Positions 20,818 to 35,042 of a stretch of DNA of 64,000 nt are shown here, piece by piece. The notes below the pieces were generated by a model. It did no database searches. It saw nothing but the letters and a program-made list of their open reading frames with translations, and had not been told where the DNA came from. Numbering within the stretch: the first letter of the stretch is position 1; each line of letters opens with the position of its first letter. Position numbers and translations under genes: made by a program. This DNA is from Candidatus Eiseniibacteriota bacterium. Its GTDB lineage: Bacteria > Eisenbacteria > RBG-16-71-46. Location of the stretch: contig OY970342.1 of the NCBI GenBank assembly GCA_963717505.1, forward strand, positions 2,368,001 through 2,432,000, in the 5' to 3' direction.

Positions 20818-21924
20818 GTGGGCCGACTGCTCGATCTTCGATATCCCCGGAACGGCGCGACGACGCGCGTGCGTATTGCGCGCGGCAGCCTGCGCGGACT
20901 TGGCGGCTGGACCCGCGCCACCACCGGCGCCAAGCGCGTCGCCCTGATCACCGACTCCCGGGTCGCGCGGCTCTATGCGCGCGATGCCCTCACGTCGCTG
21001 AGCCGCGCTCGCGTGTCGGCCGCACTGTTGGTGGTGCCCTCGGGTGAGACGGCCAAGCAGCCGGCCCAGCTCGTCCGGCTCTGGCAGCAACTCGCGGAGC
21101 TCGGCATCGAGCGCGGCGACGCGATCGTCGCGCTCGGCGGCGGCGTGGTTGGCGACCTCGCGGGCTATGCCGCGGCCACCTGGCTGCGCGGTGTGCCCTG
21201 GGTCGACGTCCCGACCACGGTGGTCGGCCAGGCCGACAGCTCGATCGGCGGCAAGACCGGCATCGATCTGGCGGCGGGCAAGAACCTGGTCGGGGCGTTT
21301 CACCACCCGGCCGGCGTGCTGGTCGACCCCGAAACTCTGAAGACGCTGCCCGATCGCGAATATCGCGCCGGTCTGGCCGAAGTCGCCAAGACCGGGTTCG
21401 CCAGCGACCGCGAGCTGTTCGAGCGGATCGAGCGCGACGCGGCCCGGCTCGCCGCCCGCGAGCCTGGGGCCCTCGAGCGCGCGCTGGTGCAAACGCTCGC
21501 GGCCAAGGGCCGGATCGTGTGCGCCGACGAACGGGAACGGGAGGGAGGGAGGCGCTCCGCGCTCAACTTCGGCCACACCCTGGGGCACGCTCTCGAAGCC
21601 GCACTCGGCTACCGCGGGCTCAAGCACGGCGAGGCGGTGGCGATCGGCATGCGCTTCGCGGTGCGTCTGTCGGTGGCTGAAGCCGGCTTGCCGGCCGACG
21701 ACGCCGCCCGGCTGGAACAGGTCCTCGATGGCTGGCGCCTGCCCCGGCGCATTCCCGGACTGGCGATCGCTCGCATCGGCCGCTACTTGCGCAGAGACAA
21801 GAAGCGGAAGGGCGGCGTGCGCTGGGTTTTGACGCCCCGGGTAGGCCGTGCTAGCGTGCCGCGCCTGATTTCCGACCGTCGCATCCGGGCCGCCCTGCTG
21901 CACTTCGGCGCGCGCCGCGGGTGA
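20818..21924 (+). CDS. aroB: 3-dehydroquinate synthase
   Basis: GGGVVGDLAGY, PTT...DSSIGGKTG, KNLVGAF, LNFGHTLGHALE, HGEAVAIG. Confidence 0.95.
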   Translation: MGRLLDLRYPRNGATTRVRIARGSLRGLGGWTRATTGAKRVALITDSRVARLYARDALTSLSRARVSAALLVVPSGETAKQPAQLVRLWQQLAELGIERGDAIVALGGGVVGDLAGYAAATWLRGVPWVDVPTTVVGQADSSIGGKTGIDLAAGKNLVGAFHHPAGVLVDPETLKTLPDREYRAGLAEVAKTGFASDRELFERIERDAARLAAREPGALERALVQTLAAKGRIVCADEREREGGRRSALNFGHTLGHALEAALGYRGLKHGEAVAIGMRFAVRLSVAEAGLPADDAARLEQVLDGWRLPRRIPGLAIARIGRYLRRDKKRKGGVRWVLTPRVGRASVPRLISDRRIRAALLHFGARRG

Positions 21925-21945
21925 CCGAGTCGCATCCGGGAGCCG

Positions 21946-22378
21946 ATGCCTCGCATCCTGGTTCTGCATGGTCCGAACCTGAATTCGCTGGGAGCCCGCG
22001 AGCCGGAACGCTACGGCACCACGACGCTCGACCAGCTGCACCGTTCGCTCGCCGAACTGGCGAAGGAGCTCGGCTGTGAGCTGGAGACGCTGCAGAGCAA
22101 TGCCGAGGGTGTACTCATCGACGCCCTGTACGGGGCGGTCGGACGCGTGGACGGCGTGCTCCTGAACCCCGGAGGTCTGACCCACACCAGCGTCGCGCTG
22201 CGCGATGCCGTGGCTGCGGTGCCGATGCCGGTGGTCGAGGTGCACCTGACCCAGCCCCAGTCCCGCGAGTCCTTCCGCCGGACCTCCCTGATCACCGAGG
22301 CCGCGGCCGGGCTGGTCCAGGGCTTCGGCCCCGACAGCTATCTGCTCGCCCTCCGGGGCCTCGCCGGCCGGATCGCCC

Positions 22379-22389
<11 letters not shown>
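21946..22389 (+). CDS. aroQ: Type II 3-dehydroquinate dehydratase
   Basis: [37 protein letters not shown]. Confidence 0.95.
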
Positions 22390-22930
<541 letters not shown>

Positions 22931-22964
22931 CGATCACCGGGACACGGACCGTCGGGGAGCGCCC

Positions 22965-24134
22965 ATGAACATCCGCAAGATTCTCGAGAAGATGATCGCG
23001 TCGCGGGCGAGCGACCTGCACCTCAAGGCAGGTACGGCCCCGATCGTGCGCGTCGACGGCGTCCTCTACACGCTCGACGACACGGCCCCCAGCGCGCAGG
23101 AGTTGCGCGACGTCTGCAATCAGCTGCTCAACGACGAGCAGCGCCTGTATTTCTCGACGCACAACGAAATCGACTTCGCGTTCGGCGTCGCCGGACTCGC
23201 GCGTTTCCGCGCCAACATCTTCATGCAGCGCAGCACCCCGGCGTTGGCCCTGCGCCACGTCCCGGTCGAAGTGCCGGGCGTCGAGGAGCTGATGCTGCCC
23301 AACGTCGTCCGCGACCTGGCGTTCTCGCCGCGCGGCTTGCTCCTGGTCACCGGCCGCACCGGCTCGGGCAAGTCCACGACCCTGGCTTCGATGATCGACT
23401 CGATCAACGCGACCACCACGCGCAACATCATCACCATCGAGGACCCGATCGAGTTCCTCCACCGCGACAACCTGTCGTTCATCCATCAGCGCGAGCTGGG
23501 GCTCGACACCCGCTCGTTCCACGACGGCTTGAAGTACGTCCTGCGCCAGGATCCGGACATCATCCTGGTCGGCGAAATCCGCGATCTGGAGACCATGCGC
23601 ACCGTGATGATGGCCGCGGACACCGGCCACCTGGTGCTCTCGACCCTGCACACCACCGACGTCGTGCAGACCATCCAGCGCATCGTCTCGTTCTACCCGC
23701 CGCACCAGCACGACGAGGTCCGACTGTCGATCGCCTCGAACGTGCGCGCCGTGATCTCGCAGCGACTGATCCCGCGGTCGGACGGCCAGGGCCGCGTGCC
23801 CGCGGTCGAGGCCATGATCAACACGCCGACGATCAAGGAGTACATCCTCAATCCCGAGAAGACGCCGATGATCCACTCGGCGGTCGCCGACGGGTTCACC
23901 CAGTACCACATGCAGACCTTCGACCAGTCGGTCCTCGGCCTGCTGCGGGATGGGCTGATCACCGAGGAAGAGGCCCTGAAGAACTGCAACAATCCCAACG
24001 AGCTGGCGCTCAAGCTCAAGGGCATCATGGCGACCTCCGACCGGACCTGGCGTCCGGTCGATCAGGGGCGCGAATCCGGCGCGAACGACGTGGATCTGTC
24101 GCGCGAACGTCCGGCGCGGCCGAATCGGTCCTAG
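22965..24134 (+). CDS. pilT: PilT/PilU family type IV pilus retraction ATPase
   Basis: [50 protein letters not shown]. Confidence 0.88.
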   Translation: MNIRKILEKMIASRASDLHLKAGTAPIVRVDGVLYTLDDTAPSAQELRDVCNQLLNDEQRLYFSTHNEIDFAFGVAGLARFRANIFMQRSTPALALRHVPVEVPGVEELMLPNVVRDLAFSPRGLLLVTGRTGSGKSTTLASMIDSINATTTRNIITIEDPIEFLHRDNLSFIHQRELGLDTRSFHDGLKYVLRQDPDIILVGEIRDLETMRTVMMAADTGHLVLSTLHTTDVVQTIQRIVSFYPPHQHDEVRLSIASNVRAVISQRLIPRSDGQGRVPAVEAMINTPTIKEYILNPEKTPMIHSAVADGFTQYHMQTFDQSVLGLLRDGLITEEEALKNCNNPNELALKLKGIMATSDRTWRPVDQGRESGANDVDLSRERPARPNRS

Positions 24135-24144
24135 ACGGAGGCGG

Positions 24145-25574
24145 ATGTTTCGCAAGGTCCTGATCGCGAACCGCGGTGAGATCGCCCTCCGGGTGATCCG
24201 CGCGTGCCGCGAGCTGGAGATTGCCACCGTCGCCGTGTTCAGCGAGGCGGATCGCGACAGCCTGCACGTCCGTCTGGCCGACGAATCGGTGTGCATCGGC
24301 CCGCCGCCGCCCAGCCAGTCCTACCTGCACATCCCGCGGATCATCTCGGCCGCCGAGGTGACCGGCGCCGACGCGATCCACCCCGGGTACGGGTTCCTGT
24401 CGGAGAACGCGCATTTCGCTGAAATCTGCGCTTCGTGCGGGTTCACGTTCATCGGTCCCTCGCCCGAGATGATCCGGCGCATGGGTGACAAGGCCGAGGC
24501 GCGCCGCACCATGCGCGAGGCGGGGTTGCCGCTGGTGCCCGGGAGCCCGGGCACCATCCCCGACGCCGACGAGGCGCTCGGCATCGCCCGCGACATCGGA
24601 TTCCCGGTGATCATCAAGGCGTCGGCCGGAGGTGGCGGGCGCGGCATGCGCGTCGCCTGGGACGAGAAGCAATTGCGCGCCGGCTTCGGCATCGCGCAGG
24701 CCGAGGCGGGTGCCGCGTTCGGCAACAACACGGTCTACGTCGAGAAGTACATCGCCAAGCCTCGGCACATCGAGTTCCAGCTGTTCGGCGACCAGCACGG
24801 CAGCCTCATCCACCTGGGCGAGCGCGAGTGCTCGGTGCAGCGCAACCATCAGAAGCTGATCGAGGAGGCTCCGAGTCCGTTCCTGAACGCCGAGCAGCGC
24901 AAGACAGTCGGCGCGCTCGCGGTGCGCGGCGCTCAGTCGATCGGCTACCTCGGCGCCGGAACCATGGAGTTCCTGTTCGACACGGACGGCTCGTTCTACT
25001 TCATGGAGATGAACACGCGCATCCAGGTGGAGCACCCGGTCACCGAAGAGGTCACCGGGCTCGACCTGGTCAAGGAGCAGATCCGCGTGGCCGCCGGCGA
25101 GAAGCTGTCGGTGACCGCAGGAGCAGGTGGAGTGGAGCGGGCACTCGATCGAGTGCCGGATCAACGCCGAGGACTACGAGCACGGCTTCCGGCCGAGCCC
25201 GGGCAAGATCACCTACTGGTACAAGCCGGGCGGTCCGGGAGTGCGCGTCGACAGCCACGTGTACGCGTGGCTACACGGTGCCGCCGTACTACGACTCGAT
25301 GATCGGCAAGCTGATCACCTACGGCAAGGATCGTCCCGAGGCGCTGCGGCGCATGCAGATCGCGCTCGACGAGATCATCATCGAGGGCGTGCGCACCACG
25401 ATTCCGTTCCACCGCCTGGCACTCGCCCATCCCCGGTTCCAGGCGGGAGATCTCGACACCCGTTTCGTCGAGCACCTGCTCAAGCCCGAGCCGGCCCCGG
25501 CCGGAGTAGTGTTCGCCGATGGGCACGGTCCGCGTGCTGCTGTCGCCTTCGGCCGGCCCGGTCAGCCCGCGTGA
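24145..25574 (+). CDS. accC: Acetyl-CoA carboxylase biotin carboxylase (frameshifts near 25120 and 25265; 3' end uncertain)
   Basis: [31 protein letters not shown]; [12 protein letters not shown] and [12 protein letters not shown] lie in other frames. Confidence 0.9.
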
Positions 25575-26206
25575 CGCCGCCGTCGTGGTCGACGTCCTGC
25601 GCGCGACCTCGACCCTGGCATTCGCGCTCGCCGCACGGTGCGGCGCGTGTGATTCCTGCGGCGACCGTCGAAGACGCCCGGCGGCTGAAGCAGGCGCATC
25701 CCGATTCGCTGCTGTGCGGCGAGCGCGACGGCCGGCGCATTGAGGGCTTCGATCTCGGCAACTCGCCCGGCGAGTATCGCCCCGAAGCGTGGACGGACGC
25801 ACCCTGGTGTTCGCCTCGACCAACGGCTCTCAGGCGATGCTGGCCGCGGCGAAGGCGCGCCGGCGGGTGCCCGGCGCATTCGTGACCGCCGCGGCCACGG
25901 CGCGCGCGGTCGCCGGCGAGCGCTCGGTGGTCGTGATCTGCGCCGGCAAGCTCGGAGGGTTTTCGCTCGAGGACGCGGCGTTCGCAGGCTGGCTGGTGCG
26001 TTCGCTCACGCCTTCGGGCTTCGAGCCCGAGGGCCCCGGAGCGCGAGCCGCCCTCAACCTGGCCCCCGCCGACGCGGACCAGGTCGCAGCCCTGGTCGCG
26101 GGCAGTGCGCACGGGCGTTACCTGCGTGGACTCGGCGCCGAGTTCGCGCCGCGACGTCGAGATTTGTTCGCGGCTCGACGTGCTCGCCGCGGTGCGCGAC
26201 CTGTAG
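25519..26206 (+). CDS. comB: 2-phosphosulfolactate phosphatase family protein (frameshifted)
   Basis: [37 protein letters not shown] across three frames. Confidence 0.8.
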
Positions 26207-26212
26207 GCCGCG

Positions 26213-27299
26213 CTAGCGTCTCTGTGCGCGCCCCAGCATCACGGCGCCGACCACCAGGAACACCAGATCGCCCATCCATGCCGCAGCGTAAGGCGGTAAG
26301 CGCGCCGTTGTGGCCGAGCGCCTGGCCGGTGCGCATGAACGCGTAGTAGATGAACGCGATCGCCACCGAGAGGCCGAAGCCAGCGCCGCGCTCTGCAGCC
26401 GCAGCCGGCGTCGCGATCGACGCGCCGATCACCACCACGATCAGGTTGACCAGCGGGAACGCCAGCTTGATGTGCAGGTCGACCAGGTAGTTCGCCACCC
26501 GCGCGCCGCTCGCCCGCAGGCGGTCGACGAACTTCCGCAGCTCGAAGAAGTTCATCTCCGACGGCTGACGGGTCTCCTTGGCGAAATCCTCGGGGCGCTC
26601 GACCAAGCCCTCGACGATCAACTGATCGAACGGCTGAGCGATCTCTTCCTCGCCGGCGAACGTGCGCTCGACCCCGGAGCTGAACACCCACTCATCGCCG
26701 TCCCACGTCGCCTCGGCGGCATCGATGCGGCGCACCAGCTGGCCGTCCTCGAAGTACTGGAGCGCGACCTCGTGCATGCGCTCCTCGCGGACGACGTACA
26801 GGCGCATGTAGTAGATCGTTGCCGCCGTCGCCGAGGTAGGTCAGGTCCGGCACGCTCGTGCGCGATCTCGCGGCGCACGCCGCTGGATCTGGTCGTCGTA
26901 GATCGCGGTCGCGCTCGCGATTGGCCGGCGGCACGACGAACTCGCCGAGCAGGAGGGAGCCGATCGAGGCCGCGGCGGCGACGCCGAACACCGGCGCCAG
27001 AATCCGGACCAGCGACAGACCGGTCGTGCGCATCGCGGTCAGCTCGCCGAACTTGTTGAGCTGCCCGAGTGCCAGGAAGGTCGCGAGCAGCAGCGCCACC
27101 GGCATGCACCTGGACCACGACCTCGGGCGCCCGGAACACGTAGAAGCGCAGCGATCAGGCTGAGGGTCGCGCGGTGGTCGAGGAACACGTCGATCTTCTC
27201 GAACACGTCGACCACCACGAAGATGACGATGAAGCCGAGCAGCCCGAGCGCCAGGTAGCCGGCGAATTCGCGCAGCAGGTAGCGGTCGAGCATCTTCAC
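26213..27299 (-). CDS. lptG: LptG-type LPS export permease (frameshifted)
   Basis: LDRYLLREF, PVALLLATF..LGQL.KFGELTAM, DLHIKLAFP across frames. Confidence 0.78.
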
Positions 27300-28667
27300 G
27301 CGCCGGCCATGGCGGGCTGCCTGCGAATCGGCCACGACAGACCCAGCTCGCAGGCGCGCAGCGTCGTGTAGACGCCCCAGCCGCCGAGCACGATGTTGGG
27401 CAGCCACATCGCGAGCCACGGCGGCAACAGCAGCCGGTTGGCCAGCTCCTCGCCGCCGACCAGGCACAGGTAGTAGAAGAGGAAGAACAGCACCGAGACG
27501 AAAGCGACCGCCGGCCCCGCGCGGCGCACGCGCATCCCGATCGGGGCGCCGATCAGGACGAACACGACGCAGGCTATGGGCAGCGAGAACTTCTTGTGGA
27601 TCTCGACCGAGAGTCCGGCGATGCGCTTGCGCTGCTCCTCGCGTTGGATCTGCCATCAACTCGATCTGCGTGGCCTGGTCCGGATGGTCGACCGCCAGAT
27701 CGACCAGCGGGTCGTTGCCGCGGATCCGCTGAAAGAGCCCGGCGATCGCGGCCAGCCCCGAGGGTTCGCGCACCGCGCGGTCGAACGCCTCGCGCGGGAT
27801 GCCGTCTTCCGCCAGGCGCGCGCCGTGCGCGGCCAGTGCCTGGTCGTACTCCTCGGCGATGCGGTCGCGCTCCCGAGTCAGGTGCTGGGCGCTCATTTCG
27901 CGATCGCTCCGGGTCTCGCGCACCGTGCGCTCGAGCATGCCGCCGGCGTCGTGGATGTAGAGCGTGTGGGTGTGGAACACCAGGCGGCGGTAGCGATGGG
28001 CGCCGGGTTCATCCTTCGGGATCTCGTGGATCTCGCCGTCCTTGAGCTCGAGCACCGCGGTCGGCCGTCCGGGGTATAAGTCAGGAAGCCGCGATCGGCG
28101 AGGATCGTGGTCGGCGCCTGACCGGCGTTGAACTGGTAGATGGTCACGCCGCGCATCTCGTTGGTGCGGCCGTTCACCGACTGGACGAGCATGTTGTATC
28201 CGGGGAAGTCGTTGATGAACACGCCTTCCTGGAGCTTGACCGTCGGGCGCATGCGCCGATGTCGATCAAGCAGGTTGGCGAACGCGTGATTGGCTTCCGG
28301 CAGGACGTGATTGTTGAACAGGGTCAGCCCCCACGCCATGAGGCCGGCGGCGAGCAGGGGCGGCAGCAGGATCCGGCCCAGGTTGACCCCGCTGGCCCTC
28401 AGCGCCGTGATTTCGTTGTCCTGGGAGAGTCGGCCGAAGGTCATCAGGACCGCGACCAGTACCGCGCAGGGGACCGAAAGGGCGACGATGTAGCCCAGGG
28501 AGAGGACGAACAGCTGCAGCACGATCCCCACGGGCGACGCCCCGGTTCACCACCAGGTCCAGGTAGTCGAAAAGCACGTCCATCTCCAGGATGAACGTGA
28601 CGACGCCGAAACCCAGAAGAAACGGAACCAGATGCAGGCGAAGGATGTAGTAACTCAGAATACGCAC
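27296..28667 (-). CDS. lptF: LptF-type LPS export permease (frameshifted)
   Basis: RILSYYIL, LMTFGRLSQDNEITALRASG, VEIHKKFSLP, FVLIGAPIG. Confidence 0.78.
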
Positions 28668-28794
28668 CGGCGCCCAGACTACCCCACACGGCCTGCCCGA
28701 GGCGAAGTGTAACCGCTTTGATCGTCGCGAGTTGCCCTGACACGGCCCGACCTGGCGGCTCCGATCGGGGCCGATCCGGGCTTCCGGGACCCCC

Positions 28795-31700
28795 ATGGTG
28801 ACGGCTACCGGGGCAGTTGCCCTGGTCGTCCTCGTGGGTATTCCCGGGTTTCCCGGCCTCTCCCTACCCAAGTTCGGGAAGCGCAAGGCCCCCGTCGACT
28901 CGGTGGCCACCACCTGGACCAACCCCTCGCGGCTCGCCCTCAGGAACGAGTTCGTCCTCGGGGCGGTGGAACCGACCCTCGATCAGGCCGACGCCACCGG
29001 CCGGATTCGGATGAACGTCGAGCCGCGCCAGGTCCGGGTCCGGATCGACCCGGATTCGGGCGAGGTCATCGTGGTTCGCGAGCATGGCGAAGTCCCGCTG
29101 GGTTTCGCCTCGCGTCAGAGCCTCAGTGACTATTCCCGCGACGTCGTCCAGGCGACCTTCGACAAACAGTGGCGCGACCGATCGCGGCAGAGCATCAACT
29201 CGCTCGGGCAGTTCACGCCACAGACCGGGGGCACCGACACGCCCGGACTCCAGTTCACCATGCCGGGGCTGCTGCCCAAGCAGGTGCAGAGCCTGCTCGG
29301 TCCGGGGAGTCCGGCGATCAACGTCTCGGGCTCGGAGAACATCCGCATTTCCGGGCAGAGCAACTGGACCAATCAGCAGACCGGGCCGCTCGGCCAGAAG
29401 AAATCGCTGTTCCCCTCGCTCGACATGCAGCAGGACCTCGAACATCCGGCTCGAGGGCCAGCTCTCGGACCGGGTGAAGCTCAATCTGCTCCAGAACTCA
29501 GCGAACCAGATCCCGCTCGCGAACCGCATCGCGATCAACTACAAGGGCGACGAGGACGATCTGGTCCAGGCGCTCGATCTGGGCAACACCAACCTGACGC
29601 CTGCCCGGAACCCAGTACGTGTCGTACAGCGGGCGCAACGAAGGGCTGTTCGGCGTCAAGGCCACCACCCGCTCGGGCCCCCTCGACTTCACGTTTCTGG
29701 CCAGCAAGCAGGAGGGCCGCAGCGAGCGTGCCTCGTACGCGGGCGGCGCCTCGCGCCAGGCCTGGCGGCTGTACAACGACCAGTACGTCCGCGGCGTCTA
29801 CTTCTTCCTCTACGACCCGAACCTGGAAGCAGCCCTCGACGTCAAGCTGTCGTCGATCAAGGTCTACCGCGACGACGGCAATCCGAACTCGGTCGACACA
29901 CCGGTCGAGGGCCAGGCGTTCATCGATCCGCGCTCGCCCGACACTTCCCTGGTCGCGGACGTTTCGGCTGCTCAATCCCGGGCCCGACCAGGACTACGAA
30001 ATCCTGAGCAACATCTACGGGCCGGCCTACCCGGTGCTGCGCATGCGCCAGCCGCTCAGCTACGACCAGAAGCTGGCGATCACTTACGAGGCGGGTCATT
30101 TCGACCCAAACAACAATCCGATCGGCGACTACCAGCCGATCGGCGGCGGCATCGTTCCCGGCACCGACGACATCGCGATGAAGCTGATTCGCGCGCCGCT
30201 GAGCGACCTGCGCCGCACGCCGCAGGGCGACTTCATCGACTCGCTCGGCTTCACCCGCGTGCGCCACATCGAGCTCAAGAACTTCTACCAGCTGCCCGGC
30301 ATGCGGATCGACGAGCGGAGCCTGGTCCTGTCGATCGAGCGAGGCGACGAAGTGCCGCCGATCACCTTCGTGCCCGGTCCGGGTGGCGTGTCGGTGCCGT
30401 ACCTCGAGGTGCTGGGCCTCGACAACCAAGACGAAACCACCGGCAACCCGGTCGATGGTCACGATGGCCGGATCGACGGGACCATCGTCGCGTCGAACAC
30501 CCGCGTGTTCGTCGACTTCGTCACCGGAACCCTGTTCTTCGCGGACCCACGCCCGTTCGCGCCCCGCCTCAACCAGCCCTTCGAACGGTTCATCGACAGT
30601 CAGCTGAATCGGCGCGCGCGCCTCGACGGTTCGGGCGCCGACCTGAACGCCCCGAACCCGGTGATCTACGACACGCTACAACCCCGAGCGCCGGGATGCG
30701 CTGTACCGGATCGCGGTCGAGTTCACCGCGCAGAGCGTGGCCGGCGAGATCCCGCTCGGGCGCGGCAACATCCTCGAGGGCTCGGAGGTGGTCACGGTCA
30801 ACGGCCGGACCTGGACCCGCGATCGTCGACTACACGATCGACTACGACCTCGGGCGCATCACGCTCAAGCGCCAGCTCGCCGCGATCGGACCAGCTCAAC
30901 ATCGACTACTCGTATGCGCCGCTGTTCCAGCAGGCGGGCCGCACGCTGATCGGCAGCTCGTTCCGCGCCGAGGGGCGGGAGCGCCAGCCTGGGCGGCGCG
31001 TTCCTCTACGAGAGCCGCGGCGCCCAGGACCTGCGGCCGCGCCTCGGCGAGGAGCCGTCGCGCAGTATCATCGGCGACCTGAACGGCGAAGTCACGTTCC
31101 GTCCCGACTGGATGACGCGCATGGTCGACAAGCTGCCGGGCGTGCGCACCACGGCGCCTTCCGAGTCTCAACGTCCAGGCCGAGGTCGGCGCGTCGTTCC
31201 CGAATCCCAACACCAAGAACGAGGTCTACATCGACGACATGGAGGGGGTGCGCGACGCGGTGTCGCTGACCATGGTGCCCGAGCGCTGGCGCCTGTCCAG
31301 CGTCCCGAGCCGCAAGGATACGCTGACCAATCGGGTCACACGCCTCGACCGGCTGGTTTCGAGCGGGGCCTACCCTAATGCGCGCGTGCACAACGCCGAG
31401 ATGCACTGGTACTCGCCGTTCTCGGTGGTCCAGGACAGCGACCTCAAACCCAATCTCAGCGACGGTGAGGGTGCGCAGGTCAACCGCCAGGTGCTGGCGC
31501 TGTCGGTGCCGCGCATCCCACGTAGCTCGAACCCCACGCCGGTCCCGGGCGATCCGATCCCCGGCGACTCGTTGTGGTTCGGCATGACCTACCCGCTCGA
31601 CGTCGCCGGCATCGACCTGTCGAAGTCCCAGTTCATCGAGCTGTGGGTCAACGACTTCAACGACCGGCACACCGGACCCGTGGTCCCGCGCGTGCGCGGT

Positions 31701-34700
31701 CACAATCTGCGCCTGCGAGTCGACCTCGGCGTGGTGAGCGAGGACCAGCAACGCTCGCCCGACGTCCTGCCCAACGGACGCCTGGAGAGCGAGGACATAC
31801 CGCCGCGCGACAACCAGTTGGTGGTCACCGACGAGACCAACGAGGACACCGGGCTCGACGGGTTCCTCGACCAGGCCGAACGCGACTCGGGAGTGGTGGT
31901 CGACATGACGACCGCCAACGACTTCGACCCCGCCGGAGACAATTTCTCGCAGCCCCTCGAGGAGTTGGAGGTCGGCCTCCCCGAACCGATCGAGTTGGAG
32001 GAGATCGACCCGCGCCGGTTCAAGTACATCAACGGCGTCGAGAGCAACAAGACCCTGTTCCCGTTCCCCGACACCGAGGACCTGAACCTGAACGATCGTC
32101 CCGACTCGACCGAGAACTACTTCGAGTACACGATCGAGCTGGGCGACTCGGCATCGCGCTACCTGATCACCGACGTCCAGCGCGAGTTCGGCAGCTGCGT
32201 CCAGTGTCCCTACCCGCCGACGCCGGACAACGGCTGGCGGCGGTACCGCATCCCGATCGCCGACTCGGCCCGGGTCGCGTTCGGCAATCCCGACCTGGCC
32301 CTGACCCGTCACGTCCGGGTCTGGGTCGAGGGCATTCGCACGGTCGACGACACGGTGGCAACCTCGCTGATCGTCAAACCGCTGATGATGCTCGGCGGCC
32401 TCGAAATCGTCGGCAGCCGCTGGCGCACCGTCGAACTCTCCGACAGCCTCCGCGACCTGGGTTCGACGCTGACGCTCAACGCCGTCAACTCGATCGACAA
32501 CGCCGACATCTACATCCCGCCGTTCGATCCCGGCGAGACCCGCAGCGGCAACCAGGCGATCACCCGGCGCGAGCAATCCATGGCGCTGGAGTTCGAGAAG
32601 CTACTGCCCGGCCAGACCCTCGAGGCGTTCAAGTCGTTCTCGATCGACGAGGACTACACCCGCTACGGGCGCCTGGCCTGGTTCGCGGCTTCCTTCGCGA
32701 TCGATGGCTACGACCCGCTGCTGGACGCGGGTCTGGACTACTTCGTGCGTTTCGCCTCCGACGACATCGGCAACAGCTACTACGAATACCGGGCCCGGCT
32801 GCCGCGGTCTTCGGACCCGCGCGACATCAACTGGGACGAGGTGAATCTGGCGCTGACCATGATGTCGAATCTCAAGCTGACCGTGCCGGCCGGATCCAGC
32901 CGCGACACCATCACCGGGCCCGGTCCGCGTCCGGGCGATATCCTCAGCGTGGTCGGGCGGCCGTCGTTCACCCGCATCCGCCGCATCTCGTTCGGGTTGA
33001 TCAACCAGACCTCGCGGGAGGTCGCGAGCGGGTCGCTGTGGTTCAACGAGCTGCGCGCCCTCGACGTCGACAAGTCGGCCGGATACGCCGAGCGCGTCCT
33101 GGTCAACGGCCGATTGTCGAACCTGCTCCAGTACACCGCCAGCTTCGACGGCCGCGACGAGAACTTCGTCAGCGTCGGCGAAGCCCGCGGGCGCGGCAGC
33201 GCCACCGGGCGCTTCGCGGCCAACGGCACCCTCGACGCCCACCGCTTCTTCGAGGGCACCGGGATCATCCTGCCGGTCAGCTATGCCTACAATAGCAACG
33301 GCGACAAGCCGCGCTTCACGGTCGGCGACGACGTCTTCCGCAGCGGCGCGTTCGCTGCCGCGAGCGAATCGCGGTCGGTCCAGCAGTCGTGGTCGACCAG
33401 TTATTCGCGGAACTGGAGCGAGCGGTCGAATCCTTTGCTCCGCTACACCCTGGGTGGCATCACCGGCGCGATGAGCCGGAGCTGGCAGAACAGCCAGTCG
33501 CCCAGCCAGGTCGACACCTCGTCGCAATTCTCCGCCAATCTCGCCTATCGCCAGACCTTCCGGAAGCTGGCCCAGATCCCCCTGCCCTTCACCAAGGGCA
33601 AGTTGTTCCCGATGCCGTCGAACGTGTCCATGACCTACAACACGGTGGAGTCGAAGTCGCATTCCTACGATCGGCAGCGCGACTCGACCGGCAGCCTGAT
33701 TCCGCGCAGCTTCTCCTCCGGCCGCGCCACGTCGCTGCTCATGGCCATGGACGTCCAGCCGGTCGATCCGATCACGTACCACATCGATGCGATCCGCAAC
33801 CTGTCGCTGCCGGTCGAGTTGAGCGAATCGGTCGGGAACGTGAACATCGGCCGGGTGGTGGCGGTCCGCCAGGCCACGACCTGGGGCTGGCAGCTGAACC
33901 GGGGCACCTGGATCAGGCCCCGGCTGGGGTGGAACACCGGATACCAGCAGAACAACGGCCCGGCGTTGTCGAGTGATCTGAGTGTTCGCGAGGTGAGCAA
34001 CAACCAGAACTATACGGCGCAGTGGACCCTGCCGTTCGAGGGTCTGTATCGCAGCGTGACCGCGAATCCGCGCGACACCTCGCGGACCCGGGCCCGCGTG
34101 CCGCCGATTCGCTTCCTGCTTTCGCGCCTCGGCTCGATCAACCTCGATGGCTCGATCGTGCGCATGTCGAGCCACTCGCGCATCAACGGCACTCCGGACG
34201 CCGCCTACCTGTTCGGGTTCACGCAAGACCCCGGATTCGGCGAGCGGACCCGAGCGGTGTATGGCAACCAGTCGTCGCAGTCGGAGGGCTGGGATGCTCG
34301 CGGCAATACCCGGCTCCAGTTGTTGTTCGGCTCCTCGGTGACCACCACGGCTGACTTCCGCTCGCGCCGCTCCACCAGCAGCCAGGTGACCAACCGGCAG
34401 GACGATTCGCGCTTCCCCGATTTCACGATCGACTACGGACGTCTGGCGACCGCCCTGAGGATCGATCGCGTTCTCAAGACCCCGCAACTGCGAACCGCCT
34501 ACAACCGCAGCTCCTCGACCGCCTACCTGAACAGTGCGTTGACCCCGAGCACGATCCGCACCAGCAGCCAGTGGCAGCCGTTGCTCAATCTGCGGGGCGA
34601 CCTCAAGGACGGCACCAAGGTTGACCTGGGGATCGAGCGCCGAAACACGCAGACCGAGTCGTTCCAGGTCGGGCACTCGATCACCAACGAGCGCTTCACC

Positions 34701-35039
34701 AACGTGAACCTGAGCCTGAACAAGTCGTATTCGCGAGGCCAGCAGGTCTCGGTGCTTGGCAAGACCAGCACCGTGAAGAGCTCGGTGGCGCTCGGTTTCA
34801 CCGGGAGCTACGAGAAGCGCAGCGGCGAAACCGTGATCAAAGCGTCCCCGCAGGCGGGCGGTGGCGTCCGGAACCCGAACGACAACGATCGCCTGAGCCT
34901 GAACCTGAACGGCCAGTACGGTTTCAGCAACAACATCACCGGCAACCTGGTCCTCGGCTTCTCTCAGGACCGCGACCTGCAACGGGAGATCATCCGCCGG
35001 CAGATTCGCATCGAAGCGCGCGGGTCGTTTACCTTCTAG
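28795..35039 (+). CDS. sprA: SprA/Sov-like T9SS outer-membrane translocon (several frameshifts 29.4-31.2 kb)
   Basis: SprA-type blocks: INYKGDEDDLVQALDLGN, SGRNEGLFGVK, EGSEVVTVNG, DYTIDYDLG, YIDDMEG, TEDLNLN, LWFNELR; long beta-barrel; C-terminal Phe (GSFTF). Confidence 0.82.
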
Positions 35040-35042
35040 CGC

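Noticed and set aside
25100-31240. Many frameshifts in accC, comB, lptG, lptF and sprA suggesting pseudogenes or programmed frameshifting
   Set aside because: They cluster by position, hit essential genes and leave motifs intact; most likely low-coverage long-read indels.
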